DNA of 64,000 nucleotides from Bacteroidales bacterium (lineage in GTDB: Bacteria; Bacteroidota; Bacteroidia; Bacteroidales; UBA12077). This document shows, one piece after another, positions 18,252 to 28,848 of this stretch. A model generated the notes under the pieces. It had not been told where the DNA came from. It made no database searches and was given only the letters and a program-made list of their open reading frames with translations. The stretch covers positions 43,356 through 107,355 of the forward strand of contig JAGXLL010000006.1 in the NCBI GenBank assembly GCA_018334675.1, read 5' to 3'. Made by a program: the position numbers and the translations under genes. The stretch's first letter is position 1. Every line of letters starts with the position of its first letter.

Positions 18252-21200
18252 CTATTCCTTGTTCGCTTGTTCTTTTTTCTTTTTGGATGATAAATCCCTG
18301 GCAATATTTCGGAGCAGTTCTTTGAAGCTGTTGAATTCTTGCCGGTAGAACAGACCTGCACCCTGGATATATCGCGTCTCTTCATAGATAAGCCGGTCGC
18401 TGTTGCGGTTAAAAAATTTCAGCCGCAGCTTGCCGTTGGGGGTCAGCTTCCAGTCAACCCTGAAATCGCCCACCAGCTCACTGGCCTTCTGATATTTGCC
18501 CGATGTGCCGACGTTGCCATTGATGATCAGCCGGTTGTTGAGCAATTGGGTGGATAGAGCCACTTCCATTTGGTCCTTGGATATCTCATCCCCTGGCTGA
18601 TAATTCACTCCGATATCCCAATTGTTGGATATTTGCGAGAGCCAATGACTCAGTTGGTTCGAGAGCAGTTCGCTGGTGGTGAAGGCCATTCCGGTAGCTC
18701 CCATGTCCAGGGCTTCCGATTGCCCTGCCAGATACTGTTGCGAGGGCATGAAAGTGTTGAGGACCAGCAGGGAAAGGAATTGCTTGTTCAGCTCCTCCTC
18801 GGTATTGATGGCGCTTTGAAGCCTTGCCCGGGTGCTTTCGTCTGCGGTAGGCAGGTTGATGTCAAACTGGATGTTGGGATTATCAAGTTTCTCGGTGAGC
18901 TGGATCTTGCATTCCACCGGTATTCTTTTGTTGTAGAAGCTGGTGGTGTCCATGAACAGGTTGTTCAGTGCGGTTCTTAGGTTGTATACAGCCGTGATAT
19001 TGATGTCGGCATCCTGGGGTTTGCCGTTCCAAATGATCTGGCTGCCCTGTTGGATTTCAAATTCCTTGTTGATCACATTCTTCAGGGAGAACATATAATC
19101 TCCCTCCTCAATGGTATAATTGCCGTAGATTCGAAAGTCACCGCTGTTGTCCACTTCCATGTTGAGGTTGCCCCTCCCGCTGGCCTCGATGATATCGCGC
19201 AGCTCTGGATCGAATATCAGTCTGGTTTTTGCCTGAGGGGTCACTTCCAGGTCGATGTTCATGCTCAGGCCGGAGAGGTTGGGCCGGTAGGTCTCCTGAT
19301 TTTTGGTCGGTTGCGACTGTTGCCGGGAATTGCCTACAAAAGTAATGAAACGTGTTTTCTGGCTTCTTCCCCGGTCTCCCACTGGAAGATTGATCCGAGT
19401 GTCATCTTCGGTACTCAGGGAGGCATCTATGTTCAAGTCTTTGGTTTGTGTATTGCCCTCGATATTCACCAGCCCGCTTGCAAAAGCATCCCCGTAATAA
19501 ATGCTGTTTTCAAGTCCGGTGGTATTCAGGGCACGGAGCTCACTGGCATCGATGATGAAGGTATAGTCGATGTTTTTCATGCTGTGAAAGCGGATCCTTC
19601 CGTCCACATTTGCGGTCTGCCCCTTGTTGTCGGTTACCTCCACTTCATTGAAAAGCAGCGTATTGTCGGATACATCCAGTATGTGCGTTAAATGGTATTC
19701 GGTTTGAAGGTAATCGATGGTGAAGGAGGTTTTCTGCGCGGATAAACGCCCGTTGAAAACCGGATAACGGGTGGTGCCTGTAATATCCAGGTGTCCGCTG
19801 ACGGCCCCGTTAAAGTCGGAGAAGGCTTTTTGCAGTATGGGATTCAAAGCCGCCATTCTCAGTTTGTCCAGGTTCAGGTCAAATTGAATGCTTTGGTCCT
19901 TGGGCTTGTAGTTGCCTGCCAGATCAATGGTTTTTAAGGTACCTCTCTTGCTTTCCAGGTTCAGGGCAATGGTTGTATCCTGATTGCTCCAGTGGCTTTT
20001 TATTCGGGTTTGGCCAATCTTCTGGTGATTGACCGAGAGGGTGTCTATCATCAGGTTCGAACGGAAGGAGGGTTCTTTATAGAGGTTCGAAAGCGTGGCG
20101 CTTCCGTGGAGCGACCCGTTAAATATCAAGTGGCCTTTAGGGAACAGGATGTTGGCATAATCCAGTGATATGTCGGAGAAGTTCATCTCGAGGGTATCGG
20201 TGGGATTTTTGGTGATGCGCCCGTCAACATAGATGCGCTGCTGCTTGTGGTAAAAGCTTAGGTTGTTGAAATTGAAGCTACTGGAGTCAATGATGACGGA
20301 ACTTTGCGATAGATGCCAGGTTTCATTGTTGAGGTTTACCTCCCCTGGCAAAAGAAAAATATGGGTTTTCAGATTCCCCGTATATTGGTTGCGATCCAGT
20401 TCGATCAGGGAGATCAGTTCGCCTTTCAGGGTGTACTGGCCAGGTTGATCCCATTGCACCAGGAGCTTGGATTTGTTTTCCCCGGTGAGTGATTGCAGCC
20501 GGAACTGATGAAAATACTCGGTGGGCTTTTCCGACAAGGTACTGACCTGGTCAAAATCGATGTTCAGGGCGAAGATGGTGTCCTGAGAACGACTGTCCAG
20601 GCTGATATTTTCGAAGTTCCAATCTTTAAACTCAAGGTTTTTGCTTTGAGCGGTCAGATGAAACGATTTGGTCTCACCTCCCTGGTAGTCCAGTTTTACC
20701 TTGCTGCTGTCGGCCACTTTTAAACTGGGAAGGAATAGTTTGGTGATGGGAGCGGTATGGTTCAGGTCGATGGCTAGTTCAAAGTCGTTTTGATAGGGGA
20801 CCGAAGCGGTGTCCCTGGGGCCCCGTATAAAAACGGGCAGATAGGAAAAGGCAAGGTTCTTGAGTGACTGGTAAACAGTGGTGGATCTGTATTTGCCCAC
20901 GAGTTTGGCTTCCAGGTAATCGGAAGCCAGGGAGACCCTGTGGGTGTCCTGTCTGTGGAGGGCATCAATTTTCAGGTTGTCGAATCGCAGGATTTTCTCG
21001 TTCCTAACCAGCTTGCCCTGGCTCAGGCGGATGGTTCCACTGGCATTATCGAGGCTGTTTCCTTTGAATTTTGAGATCAGGTTCAGGGAAAGATTGGCCG
21101 ATGTATCTTTCGGGGAGAGATTCAGTTTGTGAAGTTTGGCCTTCGCCAGTTCTGCCTGGAAGTCAAAGACCGGTACATCTCCCGAAAAATCGATGCCACC

Positions 21201-22721
21201 CTGAAAGTCTAATTGGACGTTGGGATCCTCGACAGAGAGTGAGCCATCATATTTCCTGTCGGTGAGCAGTCCGTCCAGCCGGATGTTTTCGTAATTATAC
21301 CGGTTGATCTCCAGCTTTTTGATGTTGCCATCGGTTTGGGCCCGGAAACCCTCTTTCAGGATGGAGCCTTTTACTTGCATGTCCATGCTGAATTTTCCGA
21401 AGTTTTCTTCGTTTTCCAGCAGTCCGCCAATATCGAAGTCCCGTGTTTTCAGGTTCCCGTTCATTGCCAGGCCCTCCATTTGCCGTGGCTGGATCAACAA
21501 GTCGGTGGATATCTCCCCCAGGTTGGTGTTCATGGTACCATAAGCCACAAAATCATCGATAAACCCGGTGAAGTTGCCTTCATATCTTATGCGCCCCAGG
21601 TTGCTGAAGGCATCGGGCAGGCTGATCTTTTTGTTTTCCGGGAGAAAACGGTTGATGACCTTCAGATCCTGCATGCCGGTATAGAAATGGTTCATGTCAA
21701 TATACATGAAGGTTCTGGAAATATCCGGTAAGCCGTCCAGCGAGAAGTCCGTTAAGAGCTCAGTCTTCGAGCCGAGCCCCAGATGCACCTGATCACCCTT
21801 CAGGTTATTGATTCTACCCCGGATATGGCCCGAAATGGTGAATTGTTTGTCCGGAGCTTTACGGAAGATCTGTGAAAAACAGGCCAGGTCATTGAATGCT
21901 ATCCGGGAGGGATTGATGGAGATATCAAAACGAAGTTTGTTGAAAGGAGGTTTAAAACCTGCGTACTGATGGTGCGTGATCCGGATCGAGTCGGTCTTGA
22001 AGCTGGTGGAGGGGGTCAGCACCGAAAAGTTTCTGAGATCAATGAATTTTTGGTTCAGTTTCAAACCGGTGGTCAGGTTTTTTACCGTCAGCCCCGAGAG
22101 TTCGTCAAAGGAGAGTTTTTTTATGTTCATCTTTACCCGGCCGCTGTCTGCATTGAGCCCCTCAATAATCAGATCCAGGTTATTGATCCACAGGTGGTTC
22201 GGGTCTACCACGGGGGTGGCATCGGGCTTATGATTGGTATGGTAGGTGAGGGTGGAATTGCTGATGCGTATGTTTTGGGAGCGGATATGCATCCGGGGTT
22301 TGGTCGTATCTTTTCTTTTCAGGGCCTGGAGCAGAAAATGGATGTTGATGTTTTTGGATGTGTCGTTATATAATTTGATGCGGGCATCTTCAAGGGCCAG
22401 CTCCTCAAAGAACAACTCCCGGTTTTTTAGGCTCAGATAATTGAGATTGCCGGTGATGCGCTTCGAATAGATGAGGCTGTCGCCTTTTTGGTCTTGTACA
22501 TAAACATCCTCCAGGACAACCTTGTTAAAAAGTGTGTAGTAGGCGGATTTAACCTTTATTTGGGCATTGAGACGGGTGGAGAATTTTTCAGACAGTACAT
22601 CAACCAGATAATTTTGTACGTCCTGATTCTTTAACAGAAAAAAACCGATGGTCGGCAAAAATAGGCTCACCAAAAACAATAACACCAGTATTTTGTAAAT
22701 TTTTTTGATAGTTTTGCTCAT
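18252..22721 (-). CDS. tamB: Translocation and assembly module protein TamB (AsmA-like)
   Basis: 1489 aa with an N-terminal anchor (ILVLLFLVSLFLPTIGFFLL), a long beta-rich body and a DUF490-like C-terminus (LNNRLIINGNVG...DFRVDWKLTPNGKLRLKFFNR). Confidence 0.8.
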   Translation of the reverse strand: MSKTIKKIYKILVLLFLVSLFLPTIGFFLLKNQDVQNYLVDVLSEKFSTRLNAQIKVKSAYYTLFNKVVLEDVYVQDQKGDSLIYSKRITGNLNYLSLKNRELFFEELALEDARIKLYNDTSKNINIHFLLQALKRKDTTKPRMHIRSQNIRISNSTLTYHTNHKPDATPVVDPNHLWINNLDLIIEGLNADSGRVKMNIKKLSFDELSGLTVKNLTTGLKLNQKFIDLRNFSVLTPSTSFKTDSIRITHHQYAGFKPPFNKLRFDISINPSRIAFNDLACFSQIFRKAPDKQFTISGHIRGRINNLKGDQVHLGLGSKTELLTDFSLDGLPDISRTFMYIDMNHFYTGMQDLKVINRFLPENKKISLPDAFSNLGRIRYEGNFTGFIDDFVAYGTMNTNLGEISTDLLIQPRQMEGLAMNGNLKTRDFDIGGLLENEENFGKFSMDMQVKGSILKEGFRAQTDGNIKKLEINRYNYENIRLDGLLTDRKYDGSLSVEDPNVQLDFQGGIDFSGDVPVFDFQAELAKAKLHKLNLSPKDTSANLSLNLISKFKGNSLDNASGTIRLSQGKLVRNEKILRFDNLKIDALHRQDTHRVSLASDYLEAKLVGKYRSTTVYQSLKNLAFSYLPVFIRGPRDTASVPYQNDFELAIDLNHTAPITKLFLPSLKVADSSKVKLDYQGGETKSFHLTAQSKNLEFKDWNFENISLDSRSQDTIFALNIDFDQVSTLSEKPTEYFHQFRLQSLTGENKSKLLVQWDQPGQYTLKGELISLIELDRNQYTGNLKTHIFLLPGEVNLNNETWHLSQSSVIIDSSSFNFNNLSFYHKQQRIYVDGRITKNPTDTLEMNFSDISLDYANILFPKGHLIFNGSLHGSATLSNLYKEPSFRSNLMIDTLSVNHQKIGQTRIKSHWSNQDTTIALNLESKRGTLKTIDLAGNYKPKDQSIQFDLNLDKLRMAALNPILQKAFSDFNGAVSGHLDITGTTRYPVFNGRLSAQKTSFTIDYLQTEYHLTHILDVSDNTLLFNEVEVTDNKGQTANVDGRIRFHSMKNIDYTFIIDASELRALNTTGLENSIYYGDAFASGLVNIEGNTQTKDLNIDASLSTEDDTRINLPVGDRGRSQKTRFITFVGNSRQQSQPTKNQETYRPNLSGLSMNIDLEVTPQAKTRLIFDPELRDIIEASGRGNLNMEVDNSGDFRIYGNYTIEEGDYMFSLKNVINKEFEIQQGSQIIWNGKPQDADINITAVYNLRTALNNLFMDTTSFYNKRIPVECKIQLTEKLDNPNIQFDINLPTADESTRARLQSAINTEEELNKQFLSLLVLNTFMPSQQYLAGQSEALDMGATGMAFTTSELLSNQLSHWLSQISNNWDIGVNYQPGDEISKDQMEVALSTQLLNNRLIINGNVGTSGKYQKASELVGDFRVDWKLTPNGKLRLKFFNRNSDRLIYEETRYIQGAGLFYRQEFNSFKELLRNIARDLSSKKKKEQANKE

Positions 22722-22799
22722 TTATATAATATACAATACTAGACAAACGCAAAGAAACAAAAAATAGTCTTAATTATAAATACATAAACCATACCATAG

Positions 22800-23822
22800 A
22801 TGGCAGTTACCATATTGGGCATAGAATCTTCCTGCGATGATACCTCCGCAGCCATCCTGCGCGATGGGCATCTGTATTCCAATGTCATATCCGGCCAGGA
22901 TGTGCACCGGAACTATGGGGGTGTGGTGCCGGAGCTGGCATCCCGGGCTCATCAGCAACATATCATCCCGGTAGTGGATCAGGCATTCCAACAAGCGGGT
23001 ATTTTAAAAGAAGAAATCGATGCGGTGGCGTTCACACAGGGGCCTGGTTTGCTGGGATCTCTGATGGTAGGGTCATCCTTTGCCAAATCCTTTTCCCTTT
23101 CACAGGCAATACCCTTGATAGGTGTGAACCACCTGCAGGCACATATTCTGGCCCATTTTATAAAAGACCCCGAAAAACAGGGCCGCGACACGCCCCGTTT
23201 TCCTTTTCTTTGCCTGTTGGTTAGCGGAGGACATACCCAGCTCACTGTAGTCAGAGACCATCTGGATATGGAGATCATCGGTGAAACCATTGATGATGCT
23301 GCCGGCGAAGCTTTTGACAAGTGTGGTAAGATTATGGATCTGCCTTATCCGGCCGGCCCCATCATCGACAAGAAAGCCCAGTTGGGCAATCCGCACGCAT
23401 TCGAATTTACCCGTCCTAAAATTGAGGAGCTGAATTATAGCTTCAGCGGACTCAAGACAGCCTTCCTTTACTTCCTTCGCGATCAGGTCAAACAGGACAA
23501 GGATTTTATCAGCAATAACTTCAATGATCTGTGTGCTTCCCTCCAGTATACCATTATTGATATCCTGATGGACAAGCTGATCCAGGCTGCCCAGCAGACA
23601 GGAATCCGGGAAGTTGGCATAGCCGGTGGTGTATCCGCAAATTCCGGATTGAAGGACGCCATTCATCAGGCAGCTCAAAAACACAACTGGAAGGTGCATA
23701 TCCCGCGCTTTGAATACACTATGGACAATGCTGCCATGATCGCCATGACCGGGTATTATAAATATCTGAATGAAGATTTTTCCGGAATAGACGTTGTGCC
23801 TCAGGCGCGATTTAAATATTGA
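22800..23822 (+). CDS. tsaD: tRNA N6-adenosine threonylcarbamoyltransferase
   Basis: 340 aa with ILGIESSCDDTSAAI, GVVPELASRAH, GVNHLQAHI and VSGGHTQL. Confidence 0.93.
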   Translation: MAVTILGIESSCDDTSAAILRDGHLYSNVISGQDVHRNYGGVVPELASRAHQQHIIPVVDQAFQQAGILKEEIDAVAFTQGPGLLGSLMVGSSFAKSFSLSQAIPLIGVNHLQAHILAHFIKDPEKQGRDTPRFPFLCLLVSGGHTQLTVVRDHLDMEIIGETIDDAAGEAFDKCGKIMDLPYPAGPIIDKKAQLGNPHAFEFTRPKIEELNYSFSGLKTAFLYFLRDQVKQDKDFISNNFNDLCASLQYTIIDILMDKLIQAAQQTGIREVGIAGGVSANSGLKDAIHQAAQKHNWKVHIPRFEYTMDNAAMIAMTGYYKYLNEDFSGIDVVPQARFKY

Positions 23823-24006
23823 TCCGATTTTTTTGATGGGCCTTTTCCGGATGATCCTCCTTTTCCCTCTTCATTTCCGCTTTTTTTGTAGGTGTTGCAG
23901 AGCATATCATCATTTTGTAAACCATAACAAAAGTCATTTGTAACCCCCTTTAAGAGTAATATTATTGCACTTTATTTTATCATGCAACAATAAAGGAGAA
24001 AGAGAT

Positions 24007-24399
24007 ATGAAATCGAAATCATTATTACTGGAGGGTTATCAATCCGTTATAGATAATGGACGCAATCATTCTATTGTGACAGATCTGCCAAATGGTGCCA
24101 ATGTGGGTGCCAGTGCCCTGGAATTAACCGTGATGAGCCTGGCTGGCTGCATTTCTACTATATTTAAGACCACTGCTGAAAAGATGCGGTTGAATGCAGA
24201 ACGTGTGGAAGTGAATATGGATGCCGAGAAAGGTTCGGATACCATTAGCAAAGTACGCTACCATGTAAGGGTAAAATCCGATTCTTCCAGGGAACAGCTG
24301 CAGAAGTGCCTGGATCTTACTCTGAAAAATTGCCCGGTAGGGGTGCTTTTCGAAAAGGCAGGCGTTGAGATCGAAGGCGAACTGGAAAAAATTCAATAA
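24007..24399 (+). CDS. OsmC/Ohr family protein
   Basis: I chose ATG 24007 because it is preceded by AAAGGAGAAAGAG. The paired Cys motifs are LAGCISTIF and LKNCPVG. Confidence 0.78.
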   Translation: MKSKSLLLEGYQSVIDNGRNHSIVTDLPNGANVGASALELTVMSLAGCISTIFKTTAEKMRLNAERVEVNMDAEKGSDTISKVRYHVRVKSDSSREQLQKCLDLTLKNCPVGVLFEKAGVEIEGELEKIQ

Positions 24400-24421
24400 T
24401 TTTTGCTATTGCCAGCTTCCC

Positions 24422-24462
24422 CAACCCCAATCCCGCCCGGGCGGGACTGGGGTTGTTTATTT
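24422..24462 (+). terminator. Intrinsic terminator after the OsmC gene
   Basis: CAACCCCAATCCCGCCC/GGGCGGGACTGGGGTTG forms a long GC-rich stem followed by TTTATTT. Confidence 0.65.
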
Positions 24463-24545
24463 AAACGGGTAGTATCGGATATGTGTTTGAAAATTCTATC
24501 TTTGCCCTGAAGAATCAAAAGGATCATTTTAAGAGGATCATACAT

Positions 24546-25931
24546 ATGGCCAAACAAAAACCTACCATACCGAAAGGAACCAGGGACTTTCCACCCTCAG
24601 TGATGGTCAAGCGGAAATATATTTTCGATACCATTGAAGAGGCCTTCTGTAAGTATGCCTATCAACCGCTGGAAACTCCTTCCATGGAGAACCTGTCCAC
24701 ATTGATGGGAAAGTACGGGGAAGAAGGCGATCAGTTGCTTTTCAGAATACTCGATTCAGGGGATTTTCTCAGGGGAAAGGCATCCGAAATAGTAAAGGAT
24801 CAGTGGAACAAAGGGAGTGCATCGATCAGTGCCGCTTTGAGGAATCAGATCGCCGAAAAAGGCTTACGTTATGACCTGACGGTTCCTTTTGCACGTTTTG
24901 TGGTTCAGCACCGCAACGAATTGACCTTTCCATTCAAACGTTATCAGATCCAGCCGGTATGGCGGGCTGATAAGCCACAGAAGGGGCGATACCGGGAGTT
25001 TTATCAGTGTGATGGGGATGTGATCGGCACCGATTCCCTGCTCAATGAAGTCGAACTGATTCAGATCATCGATGAGGTTTTTACCCGGTTGGGGCTGGAT
25101 GTGACCATCAAGATCAACAACCGGAAGATACTCAAAGGCTTGGCCGAGCATATCGAACAACCTGACAAGTTTATGGATCTGACCATGTCCATTGATAAGC
25201 TGGATAAGATGGGTCATGAAGGAGTGAAACAGGAGATGCAGCAAAGAGGCATCACCCCGGAGGCGGTGGAGAAGATCACACCCTTTTTGTTTTTGGAAGG
25301 CAGCAACAGTGAAAAACTGGAGAGCCTGCGCAGGATGATGTTTCAGGAAGAAGGTGGGAAAGGTATAGAAGAGAGCCAGGAGATCCTGGAATATGCTGAT
25401 GTTTTGAAGCTTAACAACGTCCTGGAGTTTGATCCCAAACTGGCCCGCGGACTGGATTACTATACGGGTACCATTTTTGAGGTCCAGACCAATGAGATGG
25501 AGATGGGCAGCATATGCGGGGGAGGACGTTACGATGATCTCACCGGTGTTTTCGGGCTGAAGGATGTATCCGGGGTGGGCATATCCTTTGGTGCGGAGCG
25601 GATCTTTGATGTCATGGAAAGGCTCGCTCGGTTTCCCAAACGCATGCAGCCATCAGCCCGGATCATGTTTGTAAATTTTGGCAGGAAGGAGGCGCGCAAA
25701 GCCTTGGAGGTGCTGCAGGCGCTTCGCCAGGCGAGCATTGAATCGGAGATATACCCCGATGCCGCCAAAATGAAAAAACAAATGAGTTACGCCAATAACA
25801 AATCCATAGCTTATGTAGGTATGATAGGTGAAGACGAAATAGATAAGGGGGTGATCACGGTAAAGAACATGGAGACCGGCGAGCAGAAGCAGGTGGATCT
25901 GGAGGAGCTGAAAGCACTTTTGAGCGGGTAA
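24546..25931 (+). CDS. hisS: Histidine--tRNA ligase
   Basis: Start MAKQKPTIPKGTRDF at ATG 24546. Class II motifs include FKRYQIQPVWRADKPQKGRYREFYQCD and GGGRYDDL. Confidence 0.93.
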   Translation: MAKQKPTIPKGTRDFPPSVMVKRKYIFDTIEEAFCKYAYQPLETPSMENLSTLMGKYGEEGDQLLFRILDSGDFLRGKASEIVKDQWNKGSASISAALRNQIAEKGLRYDLTVPFARFVVQHRNELTFPFKRYQIQPVWRADKPQKGRYREFYQCDGDVIGTDSLLNEVELIQIIDEVFTRLGLDVTIKINNRKILKGLAEHIEQPDKFMDLTMSIDKLDKMGHEGVKQEMQQRGITPEAVEKITPFLFLEGSNSEKLESLRRMMFQEEGGKGIEESQEILEYADVLKLNNVLEFDPKLARGLDYYTGTIFEVQTNEMEMGSICGGGRYDDLTGVFGLKDVSGVGISFGAERIFDVMERLARFPKRMQPSARIMFVNFGRKEARKALEVLQALRQASIESEIYPDAAKMKKQMSYANNKSIAYVGMIGEDEIDKGVITVKNMETGEQKQVDLEELKALLSG

Positions 25932-26056
25932 GGTTCATGCCTGATTCAACCCGCCACAATCTATATCATGAGGACCACGGATTAGGACCTTTTGCCGGAT
26001 TTCCGGTCTCGGTTATTTTTTCGGGTATCTGATGAGCTTCAAAATTTGGCCCTATT

Positions 26057-27559
26057 ATGGAAACAAAGCATTATATATCTACCAGCGAGCTTTCCTTCGA
26101 CCGGGTTCGTGAGATACTGGAAGGGGAGTATGAGCTGGAGCTATCGCAGGAAGCGCAGGATCGGATTGTCTATTGCCGGAATTATTTGAATGACAAGCTA
26201 AAGCAATCCGAGAATCCGATTTACGGTATCAATACGGGGTTTGGAAGCTTATGCAACCGTTCTATCTCTTCGGAAGATCTGGGTAAGCTGCAGGAGAACC
26301 TTGTCAAGTCTCATGCCTGTGGCACAGGCAAGGAGATTTCCTCTACCATTGTTCGTTTGATGATGCTTCTGAAGATACAGGCGCTTTCCTATGGCCATTC
26401 AGGTGTTCAGCTATCCACTGTTCAGCGGTTGGTAGATTTTTTCAATGCGGGTATTGTCCCGGTTGTATATGAATATGGTTCGCTTGGTGCATCAGGCGAT
26501 CTGGCCCCTCTGGCACATATGTCCCTGCCCCTGATCGGTGAAGGACAAGTGTGGTATAAAGGAGAAAAACGCCATTCAGGCGAGGTGCTGCAGGAGTTGG
26601 GATGGAAGCCTGTGCGCCTGATGTCGAAGGAAGGACTGGCCCTGTTAAATGGGACCCAGTTCATGAGTGCTTTTGCCGCCTGGTCGGTGATACAGACCCG
26701 CCGCCTGGCACGCCTGGCCGATATGGTGGCCGCATTGTCGCTGGATGCTTTTGACGGCCGCATAGAGCCCTTCCATGATGCGGTTAACCGCATTCGCAAG
26801 CAGGAAGGACAGATAGAGACTGCCAGGCAAATCAGGAATATTCTTAAGGACAGCGAAATGATACAGCGGAGCAAGAACCATGTGCAGGATCCCTATTCCT
26901 TCCGGTGTGTGCCCCAGGTACATGGAGCCACGCGTGATACCATTCAATATGCCGAAGGAGTTATTCTCCGGGAGATAAATGCTGTCACCGATAATCCAAC
27001 CATTCTGCCCGGGGAAGACATGATTATCTCGGCCGGCAACTTCCATGGCCAACCCCTGGCCTTGGCTATGGATTATATGAGCATTGCCCTCTCTGAACTT
27101 GGCAACATATCCGAACGTAGAACCTATCAGCTTCTCTCGGGCAAAAGAGGATTGCCTTCTTTCCTTATTGCTAATCCCGGACTGAATTCCGGATTTATGA
27201 TCCCCCAATATGCTTCGGCCTCCATGGTGAGCCGTAACAAACAGCTGGCTGCTCCTGCTTCGGTTGATTCTATAGAGTCTTCCCAGGGTCAGGAAGACCA
27301 TGTGAGCATGGGAGCCAATTCAGCTACCAAACTCTATGAGGTGGTGCTCAACCTGGAGCGCATCCTCGCCATCGAGCTTTTTAATGCCGCACAGGCCCTG
27401 GAGTTTAGAAGGCCTGCTAAAACCTCTCCTTATCTTGAGCAGTGGATATCGCAGTACAGGCATCGCGTGCCATTTATCAGGAATGACCGGGTCATGTACG
27501 AACACATCAACGAAACCATCGCTTTTCTCAGGCAAGTGGATGGGCAGAGCCTGAAGTAA
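26057..27559 (+). CDS. hutH: Histidine ammonia-lyase
   Basis: 500 aa with the MIO-forming GSLGASGDLAPLAH. The selectivity-switch region NLVKSHACGTG carries Ser-His as in HAL, not His-Leu (TAL) or Phe-Leu (PAL). Confidence 0.86.
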   Translation: METKHYISTSELSFDRVREILEGEYELELSQEAQDRIVYCRNYLNDKLKQSENPIYGINTGFGSLCNRSISSEDLGKLQENLVKSHACGTGKEISSTIVRLMMLLKIQALSYGHSGVQLSTVQRLVDFFNAGIVPVVYEYGSLGASGDLAPLAHMSLPLIGEGQVWYKGEKRHSGEVLQELGWKPVRLMSKEGLALLNGTQFMSAFAAWSVIQTRRLARLADMVAALSLDAFDGRIEPFHDAVNRIRKQEGQIETARQIRNILKDSEMIQRSKNHVQDPYSFRCVPQVHGATRDTIQYAEGVILREINAVTDNPTILPGEDMIISAGNFHGQPLALAMDYMSIALSELGNISERRTYQLLSGKRGLPSFLIANPGLNSGFMIPQYASASMVSRNKQLAAPASVDSIESSQGQEDHVSMGANSATKLYEVVLNLERILAIELFNAAQALEFRRPAKTSPYLEQWISQYRHRVPFIRNDRVMYEHINETIAFLRQVDGQSLK

Positions 27560-27591
27560 AAGTTTGCAGGCAATGATCCCGGATGCACTAT

Positions 27592-28848
27592 TCAGATCCG
27601 GGGTACATTCTTCCTCATGCTGTCCAGTCCTTGTTTTAGCCCCTCCTTGAGTCCTTTGACGGTTTTCCGGTGCAGCTCGATCAGGTGGTGGCCGTTTTTC
27701 TTGCCGGGCACCTGATAGATCTCATCAATCAAATTCCTGTATTTATCGTATATTACATCTCTTTTGAGCTTCTGGGTGAAAGACAGCTCACCGGTATCGG
27801 GGCTCCACTCCTCACACACCAGGCGAAACCGCTGGATCTTTTCCGTATCTCCCAACTCCTGGTTGTATTTGTTCACCTCCTTCTGATAACGGGCAATGAC
27901 ATCGGGATGGCTCACCAACTCTTTGTTATCCCGGTACCTCAATCCCAGCCGTACGGCCCAGAAAAAAATCACTTTTTTTATATAAGGCAGATTTTTGCCT
28001 TTGCCCAGGATGGTATCGTAAACCTTTTCCAGCAGTCTGGGCACCGTATTGAAGATATGGGGCTTCACATCTTTCAGGTCCCGGCTGATGGAGCCCAGGC
28101 TCTCGGCATAGTAGATGCTGATGCCTTTGTACTGCATGCGGTAATTCATCATGCGCTCATAAACATGGCAAAGAGGAAGGAAACTGAGGGCTCTGTGTTG
28201 GTAGCCGAGCTTGTGCGCTTTGGAAGTGCTCACCAGGTTGCTCACCAGATTCCGGTGGGACAGCATAACCCCCCTTGGGATCACCGGTGGTGCCTGAAGT
28301 ATATATCAAAGTAACCATCTCGTCCGGATCAATGCTGCTGCGTATTTCCCTTACCTGCTGGCGGTAGGTGCCCTCATGGTTGCGCCCCGCTTCAATAATC
28401 TCTACCCAGCTGCGTGTACCCTCCACCTCATCAAAGGAAAAGATATCCCGAATCTTCCGGCTTTTCCTGATTATGGGGCGCACCTTGTTATATATGTTTT
28501 TATTGCTGATGATAACACCTTTGACCTCTGAATGGTTCAGGATATAACGATAGTCTTCCTGGCTGATAGTAGGATAAATGGGAACATGCACGATGCCTGC
28601 CTGTGCCATGCCCATATCTACGAAGTTCCATTCCGGGCGATTGTTGGCTATGGTGGCGATCTTATCGCCCTTCTTATATCCCATGCTTAAAAGCCCGTAG
28701 CTTACATAATCAGCATACTGGGCATACTCAGGCGTGCTGTAGGTGACCCACTTTCCATTTTGTTTTCCGGCGAGTATATCTTCTTTGGGGGGCTCTCGAT
28801 TGAGTCGTTCGAGGATGTCAAATGTTCTGCTTACCGCAATATGAGCTC
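27592..28848 (-). pseudogene. Decayed long-chain acyl-CoA (AMP-forming) ligase
   Basis: The N-terminal conserved region (RTFDILERL...) has no in-frame ATG/GTG/TTG before 28684. There is a +1 shift in a 6-C run (28269-28274) right after TSGTTGDPKG. The central ~170-180 codons, including the GYGLTE core, are missing: RLGLRY joins directly to the C-terminal ELVSHPDV...GELSFTQKLKR. Confidence 0.75.

Noticed and set aside
28269-28274. The C-run frameshift in the acyl-CoA ligase could be programmed frameshifting or a phase-variation switch.
   Set aside because: The gene also lacks a start codon for its conserved N-terminus and lacks its catalytic core. Restoring the frame would not give a functional enzyme. 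A homopolymer sequencing error remains possible but does not change the pseudogene call.
26057-28848. An MIO ammonia-lyase next to a CoA ligase could be a tyrosine ammonia-lyase / 4-coumarate-CoA ligase pair for flexirubin- or PYP-type aryl starter synthesis.
   Set aside because: The lyase has Ser-His at the selectivity switch (NLVKSHACG), as in histidine ammonia-lyases. The ligase is of the long-chain FadD type, is convergent rather than co-oriented, and is a pseudogene.
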